Shown here piece by piece: positions 39,405-52,600 of a stretch of 64,000 bases of DNA. Source of the DNA: Lingula anatina (Eukaryota > Animalia > Brachiopoda); NCBI GenBank assembly GCA_051362555.1, contig CM120644.1, positions 17,816,534 through 17,880,533 of the forward strand, given 5' to 3'. A model generated the notes under the pieces. The model saw only the letters and a list, made by a program, of their open reading frames with translations. It did no database searches and was not told the origin of the DNA. A program made the position numbers and the translations under genes. The first letter of the stretch is position 1, and every line of letters starts with the position of its first letter.

Positions 39405-40437
39405 TTAATTCCTGATTTAATACCCCCTATTTCAGCGCCTATTCCTGGCTGCGTTAATTATGGGGGGTCCGAAAGTAATCCGTTAGAACGCAGGAGTGAT
39501 GATTGCTACTCTTACCAACGGTGCATCACCGATCAACTAATCTCAGCCACCTGAAGCAGAATCACCAACAAAAGACAAATTGGACTACATCTGCCTTCTT
39601 GTTGAGACATCTTATGTAAAAAAAGGCGATAACGGTCAAAACATACGTGCTTCGTGGTTTATTAAATGTTCATCGTATTTTTTCGTTCATTATTCTTATG
39701 AGTTAAGCAGCTTCACCTCCGTGACACCCTTTTTATTTATTTAAACCATTGTTAGATAAACCATGGGTTTCACTCCAGATTTCACGATCGAACAGCTGAT
39801 CATGAGGAGAGTGTAGCATGCTATAGTAAACTACCCCAAATATATATACAACACCTCCAGGGTTTCACGATCGAGCAAGTGATCATGAGGAGAGAGTGTA
39901 GCAGAGAACTTCATTAATGGTCGTCATAATTGGTGGTTGCCTTGGGAAAATGAGTTACATTATTACATAATACAGATACATAATAACATAAGATTAATAC
40001 TAAAATTTTCCCTGATACAAAAACCCCTATTTGAGCGCTTATTCCTGACTGCGTTAATTACGGGTGATTAGAAAGTAATCTATGAGGACGCAGGAGCGAT
40101 GATTGCTACTCTTACCAACGGTAAATCACCGATTTACTTGACTCCGCTACTTCGAGCAAAATCACCACCAAAAGACATATTAGACCACGTTCGTCCTCTT
40201 ATTAAAACAAAGAATGTAAAAATGTGATGTCGGTCAAAGAAGAGGACTAGACTACGTGCTTCATGGTTTATTAGATAGGCCTATTCATTGGATTTTTTTA
40301 GTTCATTATTATAGCTTCACCTCGCGAGACCCTTTTTTATATATTTAAAACACAGCACCCCACTGGTTTCGCGATCATGAAGAAAGGGAGTGTAGCAAAG
40401 AACCTCATTAATGGTCGTGATAATAGGTGGTTGCATT
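39405..40437. repeat. Diverged tandem duplication with a period of about 600 bp
   Basis: ctgcgttaatta, acgcaggag.gatgattgctactcttaccaacggt and cattaatggtcgt each occur twice. Confidence 0.8.
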
Positions 40438-41374
40438 GTAGGCCTAACCTTGTTCATTTTAGTCGACAGACTAAGCTAGAAGAAAGAAGAGATCATTATC
40501 GCCTCTCTTTACTTAGGAACAATAAGGATGGCTAGTGGCAGCATTTATAAGTTCTTTTATTTAGAAACTTTCCGATCCTTTGTCTGGGACTGCGTCCGAG
40601 AAACGGCGATAACGACAGAGACGTCCTCGAACATTTTGGTCTCAGTGCAAATAAAAAAAAAATCCGTTAAGAAGTAGCCTTTAAATGTCCCGGCAAATAA
40701 CTTTGCGATGGCTCAGAGAGTTGTAGAATGAATGACAAGCAACGACATTAGGGTTAATAATAGACTAAAAACTATCAGAGTGTAGGCCTGTCTTAGGCCT
40801 ACTTCATTTCTAAGGCCATCTTGTGATACGAGTCATGCTACACTATGATTTAATACAGGGATACCATCGATAGTATATCAATAGAAAATCGCAATCCTCA
40901 AATGTTTTTTAATTCATTAAATATAAACGGTCTTTTCTCGTACAATGGGTCTGGTATAGTTGTATTGGCCTATCAGTTGGAAACACGTGGTTCGTCTACA
41001 ATTGCAAATGGCGGAGGTGCCGTGGTAGTTATTGTCGTAAAATTAGCTGGATACGGTGCACGTGAGAAAATTATTCATTAAATTTAGTTTTCGAGCGTCA
41101 GCTTAATCTGGTAAAGTGCGAGACGAAAAAAAATCGTAGATAGAGCCTTATGACCCACTGTAGAATGATGCCGAATAATACATCAACGACGTAGTTTATC
41201 GGCAGATAAACGTGTTTCCATTTCGGCTGACTGAGGAAAGTTTTGAGAGAGCATTTAAAGAAGAGGCGGTCGAACCAATAGTGAGTAGGAAGTGTGCTGC
41301 AATCAAGACGAACAATACCGATCATAAGTGGACAGCTAATAACCCCTAATTAAGCCCGGGTTACGCGCTGCTGT

Positions 41375-41528
41375 GTTGACTCCTTGCTGGGGAGCGGTAG
41401 CGGCCTCCTACTGCTGTGAGTAATCACGCATTGTCTTCTAACCTGCGGCTTAGTTGACTCCTTGCTGGGAAGGGGTAGCGGCCTCCTACTGCTGTGCGTA
41501 TTCAAACATTGTCTTCTAACATGCGGCT
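41375..41528. repeat. Two copies of a ~78-bp unit
   Basis: gttgactccttgctggg...gtagcggcctcctactgctgtg...cattgtcttctaac.tgcggct repeated twice. Confidence 0.8.
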
Positions 41529-42109
41529 ACACGACGGTTGCATTGTATTAATAAAGTAATACCTATTCATAAGGAAGGGGGCGGATGGTAATTTTACGAG
41601 AATTAAATCAGTTACCGATCATACGCGTACCAATAGTCGTGTTTTTTTTTAGCTATACGGTAGGTAACGCGTACCGTTTAGTATGCAAAATTTGAACCAT
41701 TTGCAATTCGAAAACAAATTAATCATTCTGTATTGTATGGCATTTTTACTTTCACTGTATTGAAATTTAAATAAATTTAGCACTCGTTAATAGTTATAAT
41801 TGTGATAATTTTGGAGGGTGAAACATAATGATTTAATAAAATAACTTCCCGGGTTTATGCCGGGGAGAAAAGTGAGTTCTCATGAAAAGATAGCATGCTA
41901 ACAATCATTTATGTGAATATCCAACGACAATTCTGACTGACACATTTTCTAGCTGTGTCCTAACGCTAAGGTTTGTGATTAGAGGAAAGAAGGAAGGATA
42001 TAAGTTTAAAAGCCACTGCCAAAAGCCTAGATGTATGTATTACAGTCATCCATAAGCTGAATTAGCGGTTCACGGTAGCAGGGAGTTCGTCGACAGACCC
42101 AGGTCGGTT

Positions 42110-42375
42110 CAGGGGCGTATCCAGGATTATTTGAAAGGGGAGGGGGGGGGGGCAGAACGAAAGGCCTCGTATGCGCAGCCGACCAGCGCCCCCTTGGTGT
42201 GGGGTTCAGGGCCTGCCCAAGGGCCCCCAATGTTTTTGGTGTTTTGGAGAGCAAACAGTGCCCCTTTGGTACGGTTTAGAACTATAGTTTAGCTATTTAA
42301 AATTCCAATTTTAGGAAGGGTAAATTGGTGTGATATATTTTTCAGAAACCGAAGGAGAGGTCAGGACCCCCGCCC

Positions 42376-42434
<59 letters not shown>

Positions 42435-42441
42435 GCCACTG
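42110..42441. mobile_element. hAT-like MITE with CAGGGGCG...CGCCACTG termini and G/C/A homopolymer runs
   Basis: Terminal inverted octamers; flanks cggtt/cagtt resemble a decayed TSD. Confidence 0.5.
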
Positions 42442-43014
42442 CAGTTCAACATTTTGTCACAAGGCCAGCTCAGGAACATTTTTTATTCGCGTGACATACA
42501 AAATCTTACTGTTACTACCACGACACTACATGTATAGATATTCCCAGGAGGATCACTCACACTACCAAAATGCTGTCAGAAGGCGTTCAGGGAAGTGAAA
42601 CCTCGGTTCGAGGCTGGGTTGACAATACACCAGCACACTCCCCTTTACATAATAAATGGCTGCACACCGGTTTTAACTACAAAAATAAAATCCTGACACA
42701 GCTGTTAATGCCAGTCCTCCGTAGAAGAGGTCATGGAGCTGTAATTACGTACAAGTTGACATGCAAGTCCTCACCGTGCAAGATTTGAAATTACTTATTT
42801 TTGATTCTTATTCAAACACGTGGATGTAGAGGGTCTCATCTCAACAGTTAGAAAGTGTAATAATAATTGTAAGCATTACTGGTTTAACATTCCAGTAACA
42901 AAATAAAACAGGGTCAGGGCGCATACTGTGACCCTTAGCTTTGAAATAAGGGACTAAAAAATTCTAGCAGATTCCAATTTTCCAATTTTCCACTTTTATG
43001 TCGATATATGAATA

Positions 43015-43180
43015 CAAATATGACGTCGCACGATTACCCAATACGGCGGCACACGTCACAATCATAGTTTGATCACGAGCGTATTATGACGTAGCGCTGC
43101 CTCGTGAAATGATGCTAGGCGATAAAACGCCCAAGCAGAATATCTACTTGGTCACGAGGATTATTTCTCGCGCAAATTTC
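43015..43180 (+). promoter_or_regulatory. Putative proximal promoter of the F-box gene
   Basis: CpG-enriched stretch with TGACGT half-CRE sites (43021, 43087), CCAAT (43038) and E2F-like TTTCTCGCGCAAA (43164), just upstream of the ATG. Confidence 0.35.
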
Positions 43181-43211
43181 AGCAATTTTATTTGATATTA
43201 GTCAAGTTGTC

Positions 43212-44180
43212 ATGACTACAAGAGAGAATTCGTTTAGTAAGCATGCTAAGAAGAGGACCAAACAGTCAAAAGGTCCCTTTTCACATCGGAAGAAGAAAAA
43301 ACATCTTGAATATTTGGAGGCTGAAGTAGAGCCACAAGAAGGCCACCTTTCACGTCTGCCTCCGGAGCTCATGGGGCAAATTGTTCAGCATCTCGAGAGC
43401 AAGAGTTATGTTCAATTTTCCCGCACTTGTAAGACATTTCAAGCATTGTGCTGTGATCCGTACCTGTGGAAGCGACACATTCAGGTAAGGCCACATAATT
43501 AAATATAGAAATATACATGTACCGCCGGTGAAACTGCCAGAGGACCGTCAAGATTTTGATGATGCAGGTCTTCTGGACCGACAAGATTTCTGTGAAAGTA
43601 AAATACATGAAAATAAATAATTTGTTATCACCGACTAACATATATTTTAATAAACATGATTTTAAATTCATAAAGTCACGCCTGTGTTTTGTTTCAAATC
43701 AGGTAATATTAAAACACTGTAATGCACACCCTCTCCACACATGCTATTTTTATCGCATGGCACTGTATTTATAAAAAGGTATGGATTTTTAAGTCTAAGT
43801 GCCGGTATCAATAAAACGACAACCATGACCTTGAACCTGCACAGAGTTAGAAGGACCTTAAGATTTCTTGCAGCTCAGGTCCTCCGGACCTTCAGTGTCT
43901 CCAAAATTTTCCCCATGTCTGATATCTCCTACCAACTATCAGATCTTCGAAGACGCCCATGCCATTTGCACTGAATACTGACAAGAACTTCAAGTGTGTT
44001 TTGAATTAATCTTAATGTATTTTAATATCCTAGCTCAGTGTCTCAAGCGATTTATTTTATCTTAACACTTTTAATAATTTTATAAATCTTATTATCATTT
44101 ATAAATTTTGACAATTTACATTATTGTACAATCCAACTATTTTGAAATGCATGTTTGTAAATAAACATTATTATCATAAC

Positions 44181-44223
<43 letters not shown>

Positions 44224-47200
44224 ACATATCAGGGTATCTATCCCCCCCCTAAAAAAATAATAACAATTAATTTCTGATTTTGGGTTGTTATTCCCATGGT
44301 TCTCGGCAAACATTCTTGCATTTATTCATTACAGAGGCATTTTCATGAAGTGTGAGTTAAGAACATCGTTCTGTATGCATACATTACCTCTTTCAGAATG
44401 TGTATGACTATGGATTCGGAAAATATCTCATGAGGAATACGAATCCTCCATTGGCTCCGCAAAGGGTGTCAACTCTGCTGCATAAATTGGAGTATATAAA
44501 AGGACTGATCTATGAAAAGGAGTACCAAGACTTTTTACTTGGAGGCCCAGGGTTCATCACTTGCCTTTACTCATTGGATGCTAGAGATCCCTTCTGGCAG
44601 CGAGGCAAACAGTTCCTTTTCCCCCAAATGTTACAGATATTCAACTTTCCCCCGAATTATTTCTCAGGTAAGTATGTTCCATCATATAGTAATATTAGGT
44701 AGGACGGCTGATCAGTTATATTGTTCTGGTTAAAAAAAAAATAAATGTAAAAATGCGCATCATCAAGAACGTCATAACCAAAAACATTATATCTATATCT
44801 ATTTCAGATCAATATGGATCGTCGACAGAAGATATGGACCTGAGCTGGAATGGTCTAGTTACCCTGCACCGGCAACGGCTGAAACATCCCGGTTGCGATG
44901 TCAAGTTTTACAACCATTTCATGGAATGCTTAGCAAATAGTGAGTAGTAGTAGTAGTACTCTTAATGATAAATCATTGGTGTGAATATATCGATATATAT
45001 TTAAACAAAGTGTCTTAATTCGATCGAAGAGAAAAGGGAAAATTTTATTGATTGAAGTCAAAGTCTCTGAATGTTTAGTGTGGGCGTTTAGAAGTTATCT
45101 ACATTTTCCATTTTTTATTCTGTATACTTTTTTATTTTAATAAGATACTAATGTGATATATTATCGAGAATCTGGCATTATATTAAAAATATAAAATATT
45201 TGCTGTTACAGATTGCAGCACTATAGAAGCTCTGTACGATTCTTGCGTAGAGACGAAGAAAATGAGGACACTTGCTCGACTATTGGAGGGCCACAGAGTG
45301 GCTGACACACCCATATTTAAAGCGATACGAGATGTTCAAATATTAGGTAATCACAAACACTGCTTCTCTCTCTTATTTTGAAGATTGATTCTGAAATCAA
45401 CTTAGCAATTCGGATTCAATTGTGAGATATTCTGCTTCATAGTAAAGAGACGAGTCTCTTTAAAGGGTGTATGTTTTATTTTGAAGATGGAGACGAAATT
45501 GATGAATTGTACGATATGGCAGAAGATTTGGATCTGGAAAACGGGTCCATCATGGATCTCCTAATGGATCACTTATTCAACACCCACCCGTATTTTATGA
45601 CAAACAAGGATGATATCCTAAGTGGATATTTCGGTAAGAATAGAATTAATCCCTAGTTTTGCATTCTTTTTTGCCGTTCTCTTATTTACGAAGAATAGCC
45701 TACCTTCGCAAACTTTGCATTTTTAAAAAATTGAAGATGCTATTACCGTAAGGTTTTGGGCGTGAGTGATAATACATTTGGTTAATTACGTTAAGTCAAA
45801 GTCAAGTCACTGAACATACCTTATCTACCTGACATTTTTTTCTTTTCAGACATCGACCTTGTATTAAGGTACATGAACAACTGTGCCGACTTATACCGCG
45901 TTGTGGACGAAAAGTTCAAATCATGGTGCTTGTTCAGTGAATACGACTTCGATTCACTCGAACATTACGAATCACTTGGACTGCGGTATTACGATGTACA
46001 GACCTTGTACACCTCTTTTCTTTGGGATTTGCATTATCGCCAGAGTTCTCGCGGTGCTCTGTGGGACCCCAGTAGAGCCAAGGAGGAAGTGGTGTGCTGG
46101 ATGAATCAGTTGTGGACATGTGGAACAGATATTTTGATCCGAAAGATGGCCGTCAAGAGGATAGTGCAGAGAAATGCTTGGTTGCATTTGATGCCCGAGA
46201 TCGAGGGATCAAATTGGTACAGGTACGTTATTTTATTCTGAGAGTAACACACAAAAAGGAATTTTAATATTTCCTGATCTTCTCCATTTGAGAATTTGAA
46301 TCGACTGAGGGTGGCATTTGATGCAGACGACCGCCTTGGGTTTCAGAATACTTCTGGGTAAAACATGTAGATCTGCTCACTGTTAAATTTATCCTGAAAC
46401 GTCAAGTACCAACATGGCGTTTATTTTCGTACTGTTGCACATCTATTTCAGACAATACCTGGAAGAAGGCGACGCAAACCCGATGCCTCTGTCGAAGTTA
46501 CAGGAAGAGATGTTTCGCAGGGAACAAATGTACTGCTCTTTCAAAGAACTGAATGCTAGACAGAGGGTGCATAAGACCCAGAAACGCCTTGTAGAACTGC
46601 TGTTGCCACAAACATGCTACAAAGATGTTACATATTATGGTAATTTAATCGCATGTCAACTCAATTACTTTTATTTCATTCATTCTTTTTTTCTTTCAAA
46701 GAATTGTGAAAAGATAAATGTCATGAATGGTCGGTCTCATAAATTTATTTTCACCTGCAATTTGAAAACATTCCCCCCCCCCCCCCACCCAAAAAAAATA
46801 ATATTTTAATTTTTTGTGGTTTATTTTTATTGTGCGTTTGTTGGTAATGACAATATGATATCATTCAGCGCAGTGTATAGTTTATTTAAATTGTTCACGT
46901 ATTGTGTCAACTTTCAGACGGGCCTGCTCCATGCAAACAGTGTGCCCGACCCTCGCAATATCGAAGACTACACAAACTTGTGAGGGACTACATCGACACA
47001 GGAAAAGAAGAAACATTGGTAGAAATTAGGGACTTCATCCTGTTAACAAGTTTCTTAGCAGAGGAGGAAAATGTGCGAGTCCCTATGGCTTGTCAAAGTT
47101 GTCAGCAAAGACATAGGAGTAGGAGAAATACTGCTGTGACGGAGTCACATTATACAGACTGTAGCAGAACGGAGACTCACGCCCAAACGACTGCGTGCTT

Positions 47201-47540
47201 CACAAGTCGATACTACAGTGCGACGAAGTTATCGTCTTTTGCTTTGGTTGCTACGCGAGGTAGAAATTACAACTCCTTCATATTCTTTCATACTCTTTGT
47301 TTTCTACTGTCTAGTTGGTTCCCGCACCGCTTCTATCCATTTCTCTTTCTACCTCTTTGTATCTCTAGCGGCCTTCTCTCCGTTTTCATCACGTGCTTCA
47401 TGTGTCAATCAGTTTTACAAAACACTCCTCGCTTTTTAATATTAATTCATGGCTTCCAGTTACCAACATTACACACCTGCCGTAAGGCGCTTTGTAGAAC
47501 TCGAATGCCTTGGCAGGAATACTGGACAGGACTCCGATGA
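43212..47540 (+). CDS. F-box domain protein; exons 43212-43484, 44397-44667, 44808-44939, 45212-45346, 45448-45633, 45850-46222, 46452-46639, 46918-47540
   Basis: F-box motif LSRLPPELMGQIVQHLESKSYVQFSRTCKTFQALCCDPYLWK. Eight exons join in frame via GT/AG sites. Basic N-terminus (KKRTK, RKKKK). Confidence 0.8.
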
Positions 47541-49564
47541 CGTTTTTTTTTTTTTTTTTAAATTTTTATTTTTATTTATTTTTTTTTTTAGTGAATGAAC
47601 AGGCGTTTAATAATATTTATTGTGCCTCTCTTCGAGAGTTGGCTTGTTTATGACTTGTTAAGGAACTCTCTTAAATTTTATCATCATCACCTGCCTACGT
47701 ATCCTGGGGTTTCTGTGCAGAGTAATTTATACCAGCGCTTGTTATGTAAACGAAATAATTACATATCAGTGGTATATGTCATGTGTTGTATTTTTATTGT
47801 ATAGCCAAATCTGCATTAGGATCATGCACTGGTTTTGTTTTAGAAGTTTTAATTATCAGATGTGAGGGATTTTATTTCTTTTTGGGCGATGCAATGATAT
47901 ACATGTACGTATAGGTATATGTACATTTATATCGATTTTGTGTATATATATATGACTTTAAAAAATTATGATTATGGAACGAGAGGCTCTACCAAAATGG
48001 TAAAAATTGTAGACTACCATTCATCAATCCAGTGTACAGTGTAGCAAATTTGTTTAAATTATGGCTCTTCCTAAATTGATCTTAACACATAATAATTAAA
48101 ATTCTTTGCTTGCCGATTTTATTGTACAGTATGCACTGTGTGAACATGTGCTTTAATATTGTGTACAATTTTAGTCAATTGCACAAATTTAAGTTTTTTT
48201 AATAACAATTAGGTTCACTGAAAAGTCTATTCAGAGATGATTATTTCTATGTCAAAGTGCTTTTTGTGACACAATTTTATTCAAATATTTGAAAATAACC
48301 ACACGAATTTACAGTGTAGGCCTATGTAGTATATCATAATGAACTATAGATATCAGTTTTCATAGTTTCACCACATGTCGAATTTTTTTTTAATTTATTT
48401 GCTGTGTTTAATAATAATGTCTTACGGTATGGCGTAAATGGGAATCACTCAACGCAAGCCATCTATATAGTTGAAGGTAGGGGAAAAAACTTACTGACAC
48501 CACTTGTATGCTGGGTGTTGTGGTCTCTACATAGTAATTAAAGCTGACGGGAAATTACTGCCGTGAAAAGTAAAGCTGGGAACCCTATAGACTCTCAGCC
48601 TGTTCACACACAAATAAAAAATGTAATTTTTGAAAACAAAAACTTTTGTGTGAGACATATTTGTTAGTGTACAAAATGTAGTAATTTAAGCGTTATATGT
48701 ATATGTATATGTACATACATATATTTGAATACAAACATTGCTTTGTATAATGCTATACAATATGTTCAATGAGGACCGTGCACTTTGCCCGGCCAGTGCG
48801 GTATCGTATTTTATCCATATGCAAAGTTTACGAATAAACATTATCACAAACAGCAGGGTCTTTTCTTTCATTATGGAAGCCCGACAACAAATCAATTTCA
48901 ATAAAGAATTGAATTTAGTTTACTTTTTTATCAAAATATGTTAAAGACACCAATCTTTGGAATTCTGACACGGCACGGTGTCAAAGATAGTGCATACATC
49001 AGTGAGAAATATATTTGAGAAAAATAAATCGTGACTTAAATCATCGTGCAGGCTTAGGGGTTTTCCATTTTATCACCATCTTAACAAGTCTACAAACCGT
49101 GCACTGGGGGAGGGGGGTTAAAGCTCTCTGAACGCTTCTAAAAACTAATAATAATAATAATAATGATCCAAATTGCTATCAAAAGTCATTTTTAGCTTTT
49201 CACCATGTACGCTCTGAAGGGGGGGTCTACGCTTTGTACTAATGATTATAAAAATGGATGGTCTCTTAGGACTTAAGCCTAGTAATAGTGTTAGTAGTAG
49301 AATTTCATTCTTACTTTAATATACAATATGGCACAGTGAGCAGAACAAACATGCCGAAATATATAATTTCAAATTAAAACAAAGGTAATTACAACATGAA
49401 TTTACCAGTAGGCCTACCTCCTTGCACATTGACATCTTTGAAATAATAAAATCCTTTGCTTACCGGTTTTATGGTATGCACTTTTATGAATCTGTTCTTT
49501 AATATTGTATATTATTGATTGAACAAACATCTGCCCATGCCAATAAAACATACATTATAAATCT

Positions 49565-49665
49565 TGACGTGGATTAACACTATAAACTATAAATAGTGCA
49601 AACAGGGAATTCCAAGGTCACATGACCATGACGTCATTTTAGGGCATTCCCAAAATGGCGACAAC
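49565..49665 (+). promoter_or_regulatory. Putative GALNT proximal promoter
   Basis: TATAAA (49581, 49588), GGGAATTCC (49605), GGTCACATGACC (49616), TGACGTCA (49629) and YY1-like CAAAATGGCG (49651). Confidence 0.4.
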
Positions 49666-49678
49666 GTGATGTGGCAAG

Positions 49679-52600
49679 ATGCTAAGTTCAGCTCGTCGTT
49701 TTTTTATACGCAGACGTTATCTGGGCTGGACGTCTGCCGCAGGCGTCTGTCTTCTACTTATCTGTATAATATACGTTCTTTCTACGGGGACTCGGGAGGC
49801 GCCAAAACTCAGGGCAGTTGCAAATGGCAAGTACGCCGATCTGAAAAAATCCCGTTACGAGAATCGAAATCGCCATAAACAAGGCCCTGGAGAATACGGG
49901 GCAGGGGTTTTCCTTCAGGGGGAGGAGAAGAAAAATGCCGATGAACTGGCGAAAAAGGAAGCGTTTAATATCATCGCCAGCGACAGGATAGCTTTGGATC
50001 GATCTTTACCCGACGTGAGAAATCCTGCGTAAGTGCAAATGGATTTTGAAATAATGTGCATAATTGCAGAACAAAATCTCTTCCTTTCCTTCCCTCAAAT
50101 GAAATAAATTTCAGACACATTACCAGCACCCACTGTACAATTTGTGTGCCATTTTGAAAGCGCTTAACAGTAATTTTACTCTTTGACTTTTTTATTATTG
50201 TATTTTTTTAGTTTAATTTTCTTATATTATTAATTTTTTTCTAATAGGTGCAAGTCTGTGGAATATCCCAAAGATCTCCCCACTGCCAGCGTTGTCATCA
50301 TATTCCACAATGAGGCTTGGACGCCCTTGCTGCGTACTGCACACAGTGTTGTGAACCGATCGCCTCCGCAATATCTCCATGAAGTGATTTTATTAGATGA
50401 TGCCAGTTACAGAGGTAAAGATACGTGGACAGTTTTCATGTACAGTGAAAAAAATGTAGTTGGTTTTGAAAATTTTCTCAGAAGACAATTCTCCGCCTCA
50501 GTAAATTTGTTGTACTTGAAAATTTTCAGGTCATCAAAATTGGATTAGAAACTTTATTAATTACACAGGAGCATTTCTCTATATTTTAATTATTAGAATA
50601 TTTGATATCATGTCATTAACAGCTGCACATTTCTCTCTACCATAAGAAAAAATTGTGATAAAGATTTTTTTTTCATTTTGTAGACAGGTTAGGTGAAGAG
50701 TTGGACAAGTACGTCCAAGATACCTGGCCTGATGGAGTAGTTAAGGTCGTCAGAGTGAAGGAACGAGCAGGTCTCATCCGAGCGCGTATTGCAGGCGCTA
50801 AAGCTGCTACAGGAGATGTCCTGATATTCCTGGACTCCCACTGTGAGGCTAATGAAGGATGGTGAGTGGTCTTTGTCCATTTTGCTATTATCTCAGATTG
50901 GAAATTTAGCCAGTTTGAAACTGACTAGACTGTGCTCCGGTTTCACAAAAAAAAAAAAATAAATAAAAACTTAGTCACCAATGTTACATGGTCACATGTA
51001 CACATCTTACCCTATCAGGAACAATGTTACACCACTCTCATGGAGATCCTAGTCTACTAATCCAGGGAACTAACTTAAGTTTTTTGTTTTTTTTTTATGT
51101 GAAACCAGGGCCATATGCCCTTGCTTAGTTTTAGACTGTAGGTTATCCAACATGTTCCTTTACTTTCAGAATGCCTCCTTTGACCCTGAGTTTTTTAAAA
51201 ATTAGATTAAAGGAAACTTGCCTTAAAAGAACACTGCAGTAAATGCGTTTGCAAGTGTTCCAGAGTCATATTTTCACTGTCAACATCCTGCAAAGCCACT
51301 AAAAATCTTTCCCAATTTAGATCTAAAAAGCTGTAAATCCCCACAAATGAAAATTCCTGACGTGGACAGTTCCTTCTGTAAATGTACAGGAAGACATTGT
51401 TGAAAGTGACTGGCCAGTGATTTAATATTAAATGAGAAATATAATAATAATATTAATAATAATGGACTGAAACACCAAATTCATGTGCAGGGACTGGTCC
51501 ATTAGGAGAAAATTGAGTAGGAGAGAATTGCTTTGTGAATTGTGAATTTTACAGATGCCGAATTTTTAAGTCAAGATTTCTTAAAATTAGAACATTCCTG
51601 TTGAGTTGTAGCAACAAAATCAAAAAGCAGGTCACTCTATAGTTCTGTGCAATGCAGTGAAAGCACTGCAAATGCTATTTAGAAGTATAATTTTTGTGTT
51701 TATAAAATTTTGTATCTAAAAATTTGATCATTTTTGTCTATCCAAAAGAACAAGTAATTACCCAAAGTTAATAAAATGGATATTTGGAATTTGTTAATAT
51801 TATAAACCTTATTATGCCCAGCAGTATTTTTTATGTAGAAACTTTAGAAAGAAAATAAAAGTATCTGTCTCTGACCCTATTCTCTTGTAACTAGGAATAC
51901 ATGCATTAGATTATTCACAAAGGATTTTTGTCTGCCAAGAGAGTTATTGGTTATTGACTACATTTGATACTATAAGATTTTGTTTTAAAATATATAAAAA
52001 TATTTTTCCTTATTATTATTATTATTATTATTATTTTTTTTTTTCATTTTCACATATTTAGGTATATTATTCTGAAAAACATTGCAGTAATGTACGGGGG
52101 TGATACTGTGAAAAGTTTATCCCCTACTCCACCATCAAAAACCACCTTAAATATTTAGGGAATATTGTGACATAAAAAAGCCACAGGAACAGCAAAAGTT
52201 TGGTAGGACTAGAAGATTTTATGTGCAGCTTGTCGGAAGGACCAGTAAAGCCCCATTTTTCTTGTGGTGTCTGCAAATTGTGTTATTTTGCAATTCATGT
52301 ACCTGATGTCTTCTCTCACACAATCCAATTCTGATATTTATAAAAAATGTGTTATTTTGCATTGATGTCTTCTCTAGCACAATCAATCCAAATACTGATA
52401 TTTATAAAACCCACTCAGTATTTTTTTTTTTAACTCACTTAAATGGGTTCTGTGGTTGTAACACATCAAAATTGAATAAAAATAGATATGTTTGATTCTG
52501 TTATAGGTTACTGGAAGTAACATAACTTTTAAACCTACTGGGAATACCAGAATCTTCATCCATCCCTTGACCTTATTGAATTTGTTTCTTTGAATTTTTT

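Noticed and set aside
41100-41350. Coding-looking stretch on the plus strand
   Set aside because: In-frame stops, no recognisable family and no consistent splice partners.
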